A stretch of DNA of 64,000 bases from Actinomycetota bacterium (GCA_030645675.1 JAUSLQ010000102.1:1727-65726); one strand, 5' to 3'. Counted from the stretch's first letter, positions 1 through 9,502 are shown. The notes: a model not told the origin generated them from the letters alone. Translations and numbers: made by a program.

Positions 1-188
1 TGCATGCCCGCAGCGTGGCCTTCCCGGCCATCTCCACCGGCATCTACGGGTACCCGCCCGGCCCTGCCGCGGAGATCGCCGTGCACACCGTACTGGCCAC
101 CCCTACCGAGGTGCAGGTGGTGGAGTTCGTGTGCTTCAACAGCACGGCGAAAGCAGCCTACGACACCGTCCTGCGCGCCCACGACTGA
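1..188 (+). CDS. Macro domain protein (ADP-ribose binding / O-acetyl-ADP-ribose deacetylase-like), C-terminal fragment; 5' end lies outside the window
   Basis: Frame 3 reads HARSVAFPAISTGIYGYPPGPAAEIAVHTVLATPTEVQVVEFVCFNSTAKAAYDTVLRAHD then TGA at 186-188. AFPAISTGIYGYP is the conserved macrodomain motif. It is absent from the ORF track only because it has no in-window start. Confidence 0.7.
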   Translation, partial: HARSVAFPAISTGIYGYPPGPAAEIAVHTVLATPTEVQVVEFVCFNSTAKAAYDTVLRAHD

Positions 189-251
189 AGCCCGAGCGCG
201 CGGCTGGAACCCGTGCCCCGGTTCGTGCCCCGGCCTGGGCCAGCCGGTGCG

Positions 252-1172
252 TCACGACGCGCCGGCGGCACGGCGCAGGGCGCGCTCCATCAGCTGCGGG
301 TCGCCGAGGCGGTGCCGCAGCTGCCGTTCCAGCCCGGCGATCGGGTAGAGGTTCTGGGGCGCCCGCGAGTCTTTGTGCGGCTCGCTGGCGAAGCGTGGCA
401 GGGTGCCCGTGATCATGTCGGCGCGCTCGACGGCATGCTGCACGGTGCCGGCACCCGGCAGTTCGCAGCGCACGATGCCCGACATCGGCTGGGCGACTGG
501 GCCGGGCAGCCGCAGGTACCAGCTGTAGCGGGTGCCGCGGCCGCCGATGAGGAACAACGGCGTGCGCTGGCCCGGGGCCAGGCGCCCCAGCAGCGCGTGC
601 AGCTCGTCGGGCAGGTACTGCACGTGCTGGGTCTTCACGTAGCCCACTGACCGCGGGTCGATGCGGTGGCGGAGCGGCCCGTCGTACACCACCAGCTCGG
701 CGTCGTGCTGCTCGGCGATGTGCGACTCCACCGCTGTCATCTGCTCGTGGATGCCGAGGTAGATGTCGTCGGGTGCATCGGAGGCGCACGGGAAGTAGCG
801 GTAGGTGCCGTGCGCGGTGACGATCGGCCCGGCCGCCGGCGACGAGCGAGCGAACATCCCCCGCACCACCACGAGCTCGTTCACGCGCGCTTCGGCGTGG
901 TCGGTGATCACCGAACCGGCAGCCACCGAGGCGCACACACCCGCACGGGTCAGCTGCCCGTCGTCGAACCAGACCCGCGCATCGATGCGGCGCACCCCGT
1001 CGACGAACAGCACGCTGGCCGGGCGGGCGGTGGCCGCCGGCGGGGAGATCGGCTCCCAGGCAGCCGGCGGCACTTCGATGGCGGGGTCGACGGCCCCGGC
1101 GGTCTCCACCAGCTGTGATTCGTCGGCCGACACGCCGTACTCGGGGGCCCAGCTCTCGACGGCGAACTTCAT
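252..1172 (-). CDS. nurA: NurA-like nuclease (DNA end-resection partner of HerA)
   Basis: 306-aa ORF with ATG at 1172 preceded by GGAGGTG. VLFVDGVRR, ELVVYDGPL and VGYVKTQH resemble the NurA acidic, DGxL and GxxK[ST] motifs. It is the last gene of the herA-sbcD-sbcC string. Confidence 0.55.
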   Translation of the reverse strand: MKFAVESWAPEYGVSADESQLVETAGAVDPAIEVPPAAWEPISPPAATARPASVLFVDGVRRIDARVWFDDGQLTRAGVCASVAAGSVITDHAEARVNELVVVRGMFARSSPAAGPIVTAHGTYRYFPCASDAPDDIYLGIHEQMTAVESHIAEQHDAELVVYDGPLRHRIDPRSVGYVKTQHVQYLPDELHALLGRLAPGQRTPLFLIGGRGTRYSWYLRLPGPVAQPMSGIVRCELPGAGTVQHAVERADMITGTLPRFASEPHKDSRAPQNLYPIAGLERQLRHRLGDPQLMERALRRAAGAS

Positions 1173-1239
1173 CGACGCGCCACCTCCGTAGGGAGCGGAC
1201 CGGCTGGCGGCCGAGTGGTGGTGGACGCGAGCGGCATGG

Positions 1240-4050
1240 CTACACGTCGACCCGTTGGACGCTGGAGCCGTTCGATCCCTTGGTGACCTCCAGGCGCGTC
1301 GGCATGCGCTCGGCGAGCTCGCGGATGTGGGTGACGATGCCGACCATTCGCCCGGTGGCGCCCAGCTCCTCGATCGTGCCGGCCACGACCTCCAGCGTGT
1401 CGGGGTCGAGCGTGCCGAAGCCCTCGTCGAGGAAGATGCTCTCCAGCGGGGCGCTGCCCTCGGCGGCCAGCTCCATCGAGCTGTCGGCCAGGGCCAGGGC
1501 GAGAGCCAGCGAGGTGAGGAAGGTCTCCCCGCCCGACAGCGAGCGGGCGTCGCGCACCTCGTCGGCGTTGCGGTGGTCGACGATGCGGAACGTGCGGTCG
1601 TCGACGATCAGCGAGTACTGGCCACCCGTCAGGTCGCCCAGCCGCAGGGTGGCCCGTGCCACCAGGTCGTGCACTGCTTCCTCCAACAGCCAACCCTGGA
1701 ACCCGTCGGCGCGCAGGTGGTGGCCCAGGTCGCGGGCGACGGCAGCCTGCGCGCGCAGCTCGGCCACCCGGGCCTCGGTGTCGGCCAGCTGCCGGCGCTG
1801 TTGCTGCGCGTCGGCCAGGTCGCGCTGGGCCTCGCTGTCGGCCTGCACGAGCAGGTCGCGCAGCTCGGCGACAGAAGCATCCGGCCGATCGACGAACGGG
1901 CCCACGAGCAAACGGATGCCCTGCACCTGTGCGGCATGTGCGGCGGCAGCCACGCCGTGCTGGGCAGCGACTTCGGCGAACTGCGCCTCGCATGTGCCGG
2001 CCTGCTCGGCCGCCCACGACACCAGCGCCTGCCAATCGAGCACCAGCGAGTCGGTGGCTGCCGGCGGGCGCAGCGCCGCCACGCTGTCGCGGGCCGCCTC
2101 GTAGGCGCGGCGACGCTCGCCCTCGCCGGCCGTGAGCGCCGCCAGCCGAGCCTGGCTCTGCTGATGCTCGGCCTGCGCCGCGTGTTCGGCCTCCTGGGCG
2201 GTGTCGCGGGCCGCTGCCAGCGCACGGGCCTGCGCCACCTGCGCCTCGGCGGCCGCTTCGTCGGGCTGGCCGGCCACGTGCAGCTGCGCGTGTTGCGCCT
2301 CGGCGACCAGCTGGGCTGCGGCGGCGGTGGCCAGCGTGGCCTCCTCGGCGGCCGCCTGCTGAGCCAGCAGCGCAGCCGTGTTCACCGGATCGGCTTCCGC
2401 TGCGGCGAGCGACTGCTCGCAGGTGCCAACGTGCTGGCGGGCTGCCGCCGCGGCGGCAGCCAGCTCGTCGAGCAGATCGAGGCGCACCTGGGTAGCCGCT
2501 GCGTCGGGCGCGCCGGCCAGCTGGGCACCCAGCTCGGCGATCGCCTGCTCGGCGCGCTGCACCTCGGCCAGCAGCAGATCGCACGCCTTCGCCGCCTGCC
2601 GCTCGCCGGCCTGGGCCTGCTGCAGCTGCTGTTGGGCGTCGTGCAGCAGTGCATGATCGACGGTGTGCAGTGCGGGCGCGTGATGCACCACCTGCTCGCA
2701 CACCGGGCACGGCTGGCCCGTCACCAAGCCGGCTGCCAGCAGGGCCGCTGGAGCCATGCGTTCGAGCCGAGCGACCTGCGCCGCTGCAGCGGCCTGCACC
2801 TGCTGGGCCTCAGCCAGCGTCGCGGCCGCCTCGGTGGCACGTTGCCGGTCGGTGGCCAGTGCCCCCTGCACCTGCTGCAGATGCCGGTGCGCGGCCAGAA
2901 CGGCCGACAGCTGCGCCCGGTCGCCGCCGGCCTGCACCGCGTCGTCGGCGGCCTCGCGGGCGGAACGTGCGGCTTGCACCTGCGCCGTGGCGGCAGCGAT
3001 GCGCTCGCGCGCCTCTGCCGCCGCAGCAGCAGTGGCCTGGCCCGCGGACACCGCGGCGTCGACGCGCTGCTGGGCCTCGCCCAGGCGCTGGGCCAGCTCG
3101 CGGCACCGATGGTGCCGGCTGAGCAGCAGCACTGCCTCGGCCTCCGATGGCCCGGCCCTGGCCAGCGCAGCCGCCTGCTGCGACCGGGTGCGCGCGGCCT
3201 CCCACTGGGCCGCTGCCACTTGCACGGAAGCCTCGGCCTCGGCCATCGACGCGTGAGCCTGCTGCAGGTCGGCGGGGGCCACCACTGCGGCCAGCAGTTG
3301 CAGGCTGCCCTCCAGCTGGCCCTGCCGTGCGGCCAGCGCTGCCAGCGCAGTCTCGGCCGCTGCCACCTCGGCAGCGGCGGCCGCCAGCTGGGCCCGGGCC
3401 GCAGCCACGGCTCCCGCCCGCTGCTGCAGCTGGGCCAGCACATCGTCGGAGAGGTGGCCACTGTCGGCGATGGTGCCGGCCAGCAGCTCGGCCGCGTTGT
3501 GCTGATCCTTCGCCCGTTCGCGTGCGGCCTTCGCCAGCCGCTCGTACATGCCCAGGCCTAGCAGCTCGCGCAGCAGTTCTTGGCGCACGGCCGGCTTGTC
3601 GTGCAGGAACTCCTGGAAGCGGCCCTGCGGCAGCACGACGGTCTTGTTGAAACGCTCGAACGTCAAGCCCAGCAGGGCCACCACCCGCTCGGTGACCTCC
3701 TTGCCGGAGGCCAGCACCTCGGTGCCGCACTCCAGCCGCACTTCCTTCGCCTTGCCACCGCCGTCCTTCGTGCGGGCCACGACGCGCGTCACGGTGTAGC
3801 GGGTGCCGGCGACGTCGAACGTCAGGCGCACCCGCGCCTCTGCCGACAGCTGGTTGATGACGGGGGCGACGGCCTTCTCGTCGTAGCGTGCCACCGAACC
3901 GAACAGTGCGAACGTCATCGCGTCGATGATGCTGCTCTTGCCGGCGCCCGTGGCCCCGACCAGCGCCACCAGCTCGATGTCGGCGAAGTCGATCTCCGCG
4001 GGTTCGCGGAACGCGGAGAAGCCCCGCAGCTCCAGCCGGACCGGCCTCAT
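1240..4050 (-). CDS. sbcC: SbcC/Rad50-family DNA repair ATPase (936 aa)
   Basis: ATG at 4050 (MRPVRLELRGFSAF) overlaps the sbcD stop as ATGA. It has Walker A GATGAGKSS, a long Ala/Gln-rich coiled coil, a CPVC zinc hook, an LSGGETF signature and IFLDEGFGTLD. The upstream run-on of track ORF 1240..5538 is a no-stop artefact. Confidence 0.9.
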   Translation of the reverse strand: MRPVRLELRGFSAFREPAEIDFADIELVALVGATGAGKSSIIDAMTFALFGSVARYDEKAVAPVINQLSAEARVRLTFDVAGTRYTVTRVVARTKDGGGKAKEVRLECGTEVLASGKEVTERVVALLGLTFERFNKTVVLPQGRFQEFLHDKPAVRQELLRELLGLGMYERLAKAARERAKDQHNAAELLAGTIADSGHLSDDVLAQLQQRAGAVAAARAQLAAAAAEVAAAETALAALAARQGQLEGSLQLLAAVVAPADLQQAHASMAEAEASVQVAAAQWEAARTRSQQAAALARAGPSEAEAVLLLSRHHRCRELAQRLGEAQQRVDAAVSAGQATAAAAAEARERIAAATAQVQAARSAREAADDAVQAGGDRAQLSAVLAAHRHLQQVQGALATDRQRATEAAATLAEAQQVQAAAAAQVARLERMAPAALLAAGLVTGQPCPVCEQVVHHAPALHTVDHALLHDAQQQLQQAQAGERQAAKACDLLLAEVQRAEQAIAELGAQLAGAPDAAATQVRLDLLDELAAAAAAARQHVGTCEQSLAAAEADPVNTAALLAQQAAAEEATLATAAAAQLVAEAQHAQLHVAGQPDEAAAEAQVAQARALAAARDTAQEAEHAAQAEHQQSQARLAALTAGEGERRRAYEAARDSVAALRPPAATDSLVLDWQALVSWAAEQAGTCEAQFAEVAAQHGVAAAAHAAQVQGIRLLVGPFVDRPDASVAELRDLLVQADSEAQRDLADAQQQRRQLADTEARVAELRAQAAVARDLGHHLRADGFQGWLLEEAVHDLVARATLRLGDLTGGQYSLIVDDRTFRIVDHRNADEVRDARSLSGGETFLTSLALALALADSSMELAAEGSAPLESIFLDEGFGTLDPDTLEVVAGTIEELGATGRMVGIVTHIRELAERMPTRLEVTKGSNGSSVQRVDV

Positions 4051-5225
4051 CCGCCCACCCACTCGACATTGGCATTGGCATCGGCATCGGCATCGGCATC
4101 GAGCAGCTGGGCGAACAGCAGGCCGAGCCGCGGGTCGTCGACGCCCTGCAGTTCCAGGTACTCGTGGAACAGCTCGTGCGGGGTGCGGCCCTGGCGGCGC
4201 GCGACCACCGGCCCGGCGCCACCCGCCGCCGGTTCCACCACCACATCCACTGCCCGCTCGCCGAACATCGCCCGCACCTCGTCGCCCAGGCCGGCGCGGC
4301 GCGGTTCGCGCACCACCAACCGCAGCCAGGCGTCGTCGTCGGGCACCGACTCGCGCAGCTGCTGCACCGTTCCGTGGTGCACGCACAGCTCGCGGCCGGC
4401 CGCCAGCGGCACGGCCGTCACCTTCGCCGGCAACCCCGGCTGCAGCTGCACCACGTTGACCTGCTTGCGCTGGGCCACTTCGCCGAAGTCGAGCTGCAGG
4501 GGCGAGCCGCAGTAGTGGATGGCCGAGGCGCCGGCCAGCTGCTGGGCGCGGTGCAGGTGGCCCAGGGCGACGTAGCCGGCGGTGGCGGGGAACGCCGTGG
4601 ACTGGATGGCGTACTCCTGCACGAGGTGCGCTGCCCGCTCGCCACCGCCCACCGTTCCGCCGGCGACGTAGGCGTGGGCCACCAGCACGTTCGCCGCCTC
4701 GGCGTGGAACGAAGCGGTCAGCATGTGCACCACGGCCGTCAGCCGCTGGGCGTAGAGCAACGCGTGCTCGAACCCCTGGCCCTGCATCAACTGCTCGCTG
4801 CGCACGATGCCGCGCTGCGACACGAACGGCAGCAGGGCCAGGTTCACGGGCGTGCCATCGGCGGCGGTGAACTGTCGTACACCGCCATCGTCGGGCCGGG
4901 CCGGTTCGCTGACCACGTGCACCCTTGCACGCTGGAACAGCGGGGCGAGCGCGTGGAGCTTGCGGGCGTTGTCGTGGTTGCCGGCCACCACTGCCACCTG
5001 CGGCGCCACCTCGGCGAACGCGAGCAGGGTGTCGTAGACGATGGCCTCGGCCTCCGGGGTGGGCGCCGCGGTGTCCCACAGGTCGCCGGCCACCACCACC
5101 AGATCGACCTGCTCGCGTTCGGCCACCTGGACCATCTCGGCCAACACGGCGCGGTGCTCCGCAGCCCTGCTGTTGCCACGGATCTGCTTGCCAACGTGCC
5201 AGTCGCTGGTGTGCAGCAACTTCAT
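4047..5225 (-). CDS. sbcD: SbcD/Mre11-family nuclease (392 aa)
   Basis: ATG at 5225 (MKLLHTSDWHVGK) overlaps the herA stop as ATGA. Calcineurin-type phosphoesterase motifs are present: DWH, AGDLWD, GNHD, GHLH. The C-terminus carries a DADADADANAN repeat. Confidence 0.9.
   Translation of the reverse strand: MKLLHTSDWHVGKQIRGNSRAAEHRAVLAEMVQVAEREQVDLVVVAGDLWDTAAPTPEAEAIVYDTLLAFAEVAPQVAVVAGNHDNARKLHALAPLFQRARVHVVSEPARPDDGGVRQFTAADGTPVNLALLPFVSQRGIVRSEQLMQGQGFEHALLYAQRLTAVVHMLTASFHAEAANVLVAHAYVAGGTVGGGERAAHLVQEYAIQSTAFPATAGYVALGHLHRAQQLAGASAIHYCGSPLQLDFGEVAQRKQVNVVQLQPGLPAKVTAVPLAAGRELCVHHGTVQQLRESVPDDDAWLRLVVREPRRAGLGDEVRAMFGERAVDVVVEPAAGGAGPVVARRQGRTPHELFHEYLELQGVDDPRLGLLFAQLLDADADADANANVEWVGG
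4067..4102. repeat. Hexanucleotide tandem repeat (cattgg/catcgg, 6 units) encoding the (D/N)A repeat at the SbcD C-terminus
   Basis: Direct reading: cattggcattggcatcggcatcggcatcggcatcga. Confidence 0.9.
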
Positions 5226-7012
5226 GACAAGCCTTCGAACGGGTCGGCCGGAAGAGCCGCGGCACCGGCCGTGTGGGCGGCGTGGCCCACGATGTCGGCC
5301 TCGGCAGAGCGTGTGGCCCACGCCGGGAACGGGAACTCGACCAGTACCGGCACGGGCAGCCGCGGCTGCGACACGTACATCGTGCCGGGCTTGAGGATGG
5401 TGGCCCGCTGACGCTGGGCCCCGGGCAACCAGCCGTACTGCTCGCGCCCTGCCTCGGCGGAGTCGAGGCGGCCCACCACCCGCACCGCGCTGTTGGCCAC
5501 CACCCGCCGCTCGACTTCGCTGGCCGTCTGCTGCGCACCGATGAGGATGATGCCCAGGCTGCGCCCGCGCTCGGCCACGTCGAGCAGGATCTCCTTGATC
5601 GGGCTGCTGCCCTCGCGCGGTGCGTACTTGTTCAGCTCGTCGAGCACCACGAACTGCAGCGGCTTGGCGATGCCCGACGCCTCCTTCCGCTCGAACGCCT
5701 GGCGCAGCACCACGCCCACCACAAACCGCTGAGCCCGCTCGTGCAAGTTGTGGATGTCGACCACGGTCACCTGTTGGGCGTCGAGATCCAGTGCGTACGC
5801 GGGCGCGTCGGCGATGTCGGCTCGGATGAGGTGCTCGACGCGTGCGGTGGCAGAGGCGAAGCGGCGGATGAACGCGTTGATGGTGCCAGCGCCCACGGCC
5901 CGACCCGTCCATCGTTGGTCGACGGGTTCGTCGGCGTCGTCGGGGATCAGCTTGCGTTCGATGAACTCCACCAGGTCGCGGAAGGAACGCACGGTGGTGC
6001 CCTCGATGCGCACCGCCCCGTCGGGCCCGCTGCCTGTTCGCGCCGCCTCCATCAGCCGCGCGGTCACCGACTGCACGACGATGGTGTACTGCTGGCGTTC
6101 GTCTTCCGCATCCGCGAACAGGAACGGCAGCAGACCCTGTGCGCAGAACTGGGCGATGGTCCAGAAGAAGGGCCGCACACCCACCGCCCGCGACCCCACG
6201 TCGGGGGTTGCGTTGGGGTCGCCCTTGCGCGGCGGGGCCAGCACGCCCACGCTGCGGAACGCGCCCGTGGGCAGCCCCAACAGCCGGTAGCGATCGGGCT
6301 GGTCGGGGTCGAGCCGGGTGTTGGGGTGATCGAGGAAGAGCAGGTCTTCACCCTTCACGTTGAAGATCAGCGCCTTCGTGTTGGCGGCCTCCGCGCCCAG
6401 CACGCCCGAGTGGAACAGCGAGTACAGCAGGAACGTCGCGTAGCTGGTCTTGGTGGCGACCCCGCTGATGCCGCTGATGTTGACGTGGGCGCCCTTCGTG
6501 CCGTCGAGGAAGTCGACATCGAGGAACACGGGCTCGCCATCGCGGCTGAGCCCGGCCGGCAGCTTGCGCTCGACGGTTTCGTAGTCGAGCGCGGCGGCGC
6601 GCTCTTCCTCGGTGGCCTTGCGCACCTCGGCCCCGGGCAGCGGGGGCACGAACACCTCCGGCACGACGCGGGTGACCTGCACCATCGCGGCTTCCGACAC
6701 CTCGGCGGGCAGCAACCCGTCGGCGATGAGGAACACGTCGCTCTGGAAGCGGGCCCCCTCGTGGCGGGCGCGCACCTGGCCGACGATGCCATAGATGCTG
6801 AGGATCTCGCCCGTGGGCAGGATGCGGTTCAGCGCCACCACGTCGTCGAGCTGGATGTGGGCACCCGGAGCCACGGCCACCCAGAACTCGAGCGGGGTGG
6901 CATCGTCGGTGCCGACCACCCTGCCCACCACCCGGCTCGCCCGCTGTGCCGCCATCGGATCTGCCGTGGGGTCGCCATCTGCCATGGGCCAGTTGTAGCA
7001 GAGGGGTGTCAC
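5222..7012 (-). CDS. herA: HerA-like (DUF87/FtsK-HerA superfamily) ATPase with N-terminal HAS-barrel-like region
   Basis: 596-aa ORF with GTG at 7012; an alternative ATG at 6985 gives MADGDPT. The N-terminal barrel-like segment is GRVVGTDDATPLEFWVAVAPGAHIQLDDVV. The P-loop region reads NISGISGVATKTS. Walker B is FVVLDELNKYAP. It is the first gene of the herA-sbcD-sbcC-nurA string. Confidence 0.75.
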   Translation of the reverse strand: MTPLCYNWPMADGDPTADPMAAQRASRVVGRVVGTDDATPLEFWVAVAPGAHIQLDDVVALNRILPTGEILSIYGIVGQVRARHEGARFQSDVFLIADGLLPAEVSEAAMVQVTRVVPEVFVPPLPGAEVRKATEEERAAALDYETVERKLPAGLSRDGEPVFLDVDFLDGTKGAHVNISGISGVATKTSYATFLLYSLFHSGVLGAEAANTKALIFNVKGEDLLFLDHPNTRLDPDQPDRYRLLGLPTGAFRSVGVLAPPRKGDPNATPDVGSRAVGVRPFFWTIAQFCAQGLLPFLFADAEDERQQYTIVVQSVTARLMEAARTGSGPDGAVRIEGTTVRSFRDLVEFIERKLIPDDADEPVDQRWTGRAVGAGTINAFIRRFASATARVEHLIRADIADAPAYALDLDAQQVTVVDIHNLHERAQRFVVGVVLRQAFERKEASGIAKPLQFVVLDELNKYAPREGSSPIKEILLDVAERGRSLGIILIGAQQTASEVERRVVANSAVRVVGRLDSAEAGREQYGWLPGAQRQRATILKPGTMYVSQPRLPVPVLVEFPFPAWATRSAEADIVGHAAHTAGAAALPADPFEGLS

Positions 7013-7192
7013 GGCAACAGAGGGCCGCCCGCCCCCGCCCGTTCACAATCGCCCGTGTCGTGGGCCCGACAACGTGAGACGGCGCTCGCCGCCGCGACAC
7101 GTGCAATCGTGCGTCGGCGGCGCCGTCACCCGTTCGCAACGGCGGCGCAGCCTAGGCTCGGGCGGGTGAGCAGCGGCAGCAGCACGACCTCC

Positions 7193-7246
7193 GGCCAGGC
7201 CCAGCACGGCCAGGCCCAGCACGGCCAGGCCCAGCACGGCCAGGCC
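7193..7246. repeat. 15-bp tandem repeat (ggccaggcccagcac, about 3.6 copies) in the herA-upstream intergenic region
   Basis: Direct reading of 7193-7246. On the minus strand it would encode LAVLG x3 within the small ORF 7043..7273. Confidence 0.9.
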
Positions 7247-7406
7247 ACCCCCGGCCCGTCGGCGGCGCGGCACGACTCAGCGGGGCCGTGCCTGTCATGC
7301 GGCAGCAGCCAGGCCCGCACATGGGGAACCGGCCAGGGCGCGGCGCGGCTGTGCCCGCCGTGCGCCACGCTGCACGGCCTCGGCTGCCCGTAGGTCAGCA
7401 GGCGGC

Positions 7407-8123
7407 GTGGCGATGACCGACCAACCCGTGCACCCGCTTGCGATCGTGGGGGCAGGGCGCATGGGGCACGCCCTCGCTGCCGCCCTGCCCTGGGCGCACG
7501 GCCCGTTCGGCCGCGGGTTCGACGGCCGCGGGTTCGAGGCGACGCTGCTGGCGGTACCCGACGGCGAGCTCCGGGCCGCAGCCGCGGCCATCGTCGCCGG
7601 GCCGCTGGTGGGCCACTGCGCGGGGGCCATCGGGCTCGACGTGCTCGCGCCGCACGAAGCGTTCGGGCTGCACCCGCTGATGACGGTCACCCTCGCAGGA
7701 GCCGACTTCACCGGCGCCGGCGCCGCGATCGCCGGCACCACGCCGCGCGCACTGGCCTTCGCCCAGCACCTGGCCGACGAGCTCGCCATGCACGCAGTGG
7801 AGATCCACGACCACGACCGGGCGGCCTATCACGCAGCTGCGTCGATCGCCTCCAACTTCCTGGTCACGCTGGAAGACGCCGCCGAGACGCTGCTCGCCAC
7901 CACCGGCGCCGACCGGCGCATCCTGGTGCCGCTGGTGCGGGCATCGTTCGAGAACTGGGCGGCACTGGGCGGCCAGCGGGCGATCACCGGGCCGATCGCC
8001 CGTGGCGACGAGGCGACAGTGGCCCGCCAGCGCGCCGCCGTTGCCGAGCGCACACCGCAACTGCTGCCGATGTTCGACGAGCTGTGCGCTCGCACCCGCG
8101 CGCTGGTGGCCGGGGGCCGGTGA
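7407..8123 (+). CDS. Rossmann-fold NAD(P)-binding protein, DUF2520-like
   Basis: 238-aa ORF with N-terminal LAIVGAGRMGHALAAAL dinucleotide-binding motif. The C-terminal half (AAYHAAASIASNFLV ... ITGPIARGD) is typical of the DUF2520 family. GTG at 7407 or ATG at 7413. Confidence 0.6.
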   Translation: MAMTDQPVHPLAIVGAGRMGHALAAALPWAHGPFGRGFDGRGFEATLLAVPDGELRAAAAAIVAGPLVGHCAGAIGLDVLAPHEAFGLHPLMTVTLAGADFTGAGAAIAGTTPRALAFAQHLADELAMHAVEIHDHDRAAYHAAASIASNFLVTLEDAAETLLATTGADRRILVPLVRASFENWAALGGQRAITGPIARGDEATVARQRAAVAERTPQLLPMFDELCARTRALVAGGR

Positions 8124-8156
8124 CCGGGTGCGCACCGCCGCGTGTCGACGACCCCT

Positions 8157-9386
8157 TCACAGGTTCAGACAGCGGAAGCCCAGCGCCAGCACGGTGACCG
8201 GCAGCACGACCGCAAGCGCCCACATCGCCCGCCGGCCCGACGAGCCCCACAGCACCAGCCACGCGCTGCCGGCGATCTCGTACGACTGCCGGAAGTCGGC
8301 CGGCACTGTCAGCACCGCATCGGTGGAGCACACCAGCACACCCAACGACCCCACGCCCAGCAGCAGCTCCCACGGCCGGGTCGCCCACGCCACCGCCCGC
8401 CCGTCGGAGGTGACGGCCCACACGATCAGGAACACCAGCGCGACGAAGCAGAGCAACGCCAGCGACGCGCCGATGCTGACGAAGTGGTTCGAGGCCAGCC
8501 CGGAGCCGGCGTCGTCCAGCCAACGGCGAAACGCCGGCCACACGTCGCGGAACGGCCACGTGGAGTTCGTCTCCGAGCTGCTCGTCGCCGGTAGTTCACC
8601 CGTGATGTGTGCGACGGCGAACTGCCAGCCGAGAAAGGCCACTGCCGCTGGCACTGCCACCAGCGCGGCCGGAGCGAGTGCGGCCCGCCACGTGGCGGAG
8701 CGCCGCTGGTGCAAGAGCACACCGATGGCCAAGGCTGCCACGGCCAGCACGGCCTGCTCGCGGGTCAGCACGGCAAGCACCAGCGCCACCCCGGCCCATG
8801 CGTACCTCGCCCGGCCCACCAGCAGCACGCCGCCGAACACCGCGGCAGCCGCCACCAGCTCCGACAGGTCGCGCCCCAGCACGATGCCGAACCCCCAGAA
8901 GCCGGCGATCGCCAAGCCCCATGCTGCGGCCCGCCCGTGGTCCAGTGCGAGCAGCGCCGCCGCGTACGCCAGTGCGCCCACGGCCAGCACGTTGACGGCG
9001 ATCATCGCCAGCGGCACCAGGCTCGGCCGCCCGCCGAACGACAGCAGCCACGCCAGCAGCGGATAGCCGATGCGCCCGCCGCGCACGCCGTAGTCGAACA
9101 TGATCCCGTGCGCACGGCCCATCCCGACGGTGGCCGGGTCGACCGCGAGGCGGTAGAAGAACTGGCCGTCGAAGCCGGTGCCGGCCAGCACGGGGATGCC
9201 ACCGGGCACCGTGGCCGGGTCGGTCCACGGCTGCCCGGCCAGCACGAACATGCCCGGCCCGCCGCCCACCGCCAACAACCGCAACACGACGAACAGCACT
9301 GCGCCGACGGCGGCGATCAGCGCCACCCACCGCGCCGACAGGCGAGCGAGCGCCGCCGGCACGCGGATGATGATCGAGGCGGCCAT
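8157..9386 (-). CDS. Polytopic integral membrane protein of unknown function (possibly GT-C-like)
   Basis: 409-aa ORF with roughly 10 hydrophobic segments separated by short charged loops. It contains a conserved-looking GFDGQFFYRLA loop. No specific family can be assigned by eye. Confidence 0.55.
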   Translation of the reverse strand: MAASIIIRVPAALARLSARWVALIAAVGAVLFVVLRLLAVGGGPGMFVLAGQPWTDPATVPGGIPVLAGTGFDGQFFYRLAVDPATVGMGRAHGIMFDYGVRGGRIGYPLLAWLLSFGGRPSLVPLAMIAVNVLAVGALAYAAALLALDHGRAAAWGLAIAGFWGFGIVLGRDLSELVAAAAVFGGVLLVGRARYAWAGVALVLAVLTREQAVLAVAALAIGVLLHQRRSATWRAALAPAALVAVPAAVAFLGWQFAVAHITGELPATSSSETNSTWPFRDVWPAFRRWLDDAGSGLASNHFVSIGASLALLCFVALVFLIVWAVTSDGRAVAWATRPWELLLGVGSLGVLVCSTDAVLTVPADFRQSYEIAGSAWLVLWGSSGRRAMWALAVVLPVTVLALGFRCLNL

Positions 9387-9502
9387 TGCCGTCGAACGCT
9401 ATCCCAGCACGTATGCCCGCACCCGTCGTGACACCGGCGCCGCGGCCGTCCGCTCACCGTCCACTCCGGCCAGGGAGAACCCCGCTGGCTATCGTCACCG
9501 GC

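Noticed and set aside
4051-5538. Upstream extension of the sbcC ORF in the track (1240..5538, 1432 aa).
   Set aside because: The extension is an Arg/Gly-rich shadow frame over sbcD. The canonical Rad50 N-terminus MRPVRLELRGF...GATGAGKSS begins at the ATG at 4050, which forms an ATGA overlap with the sbcD stop.
9386-9502. Longer N-terminus for the SnoaL-like protein (track start 9386).
   Set aside because: The extra 39 residues are Pro/Arg/Ala-rich with no structure-like pattern. They would also leave no promoter space relative to the divergent membrane-protein gene, which starts at 9386 on the other strand.
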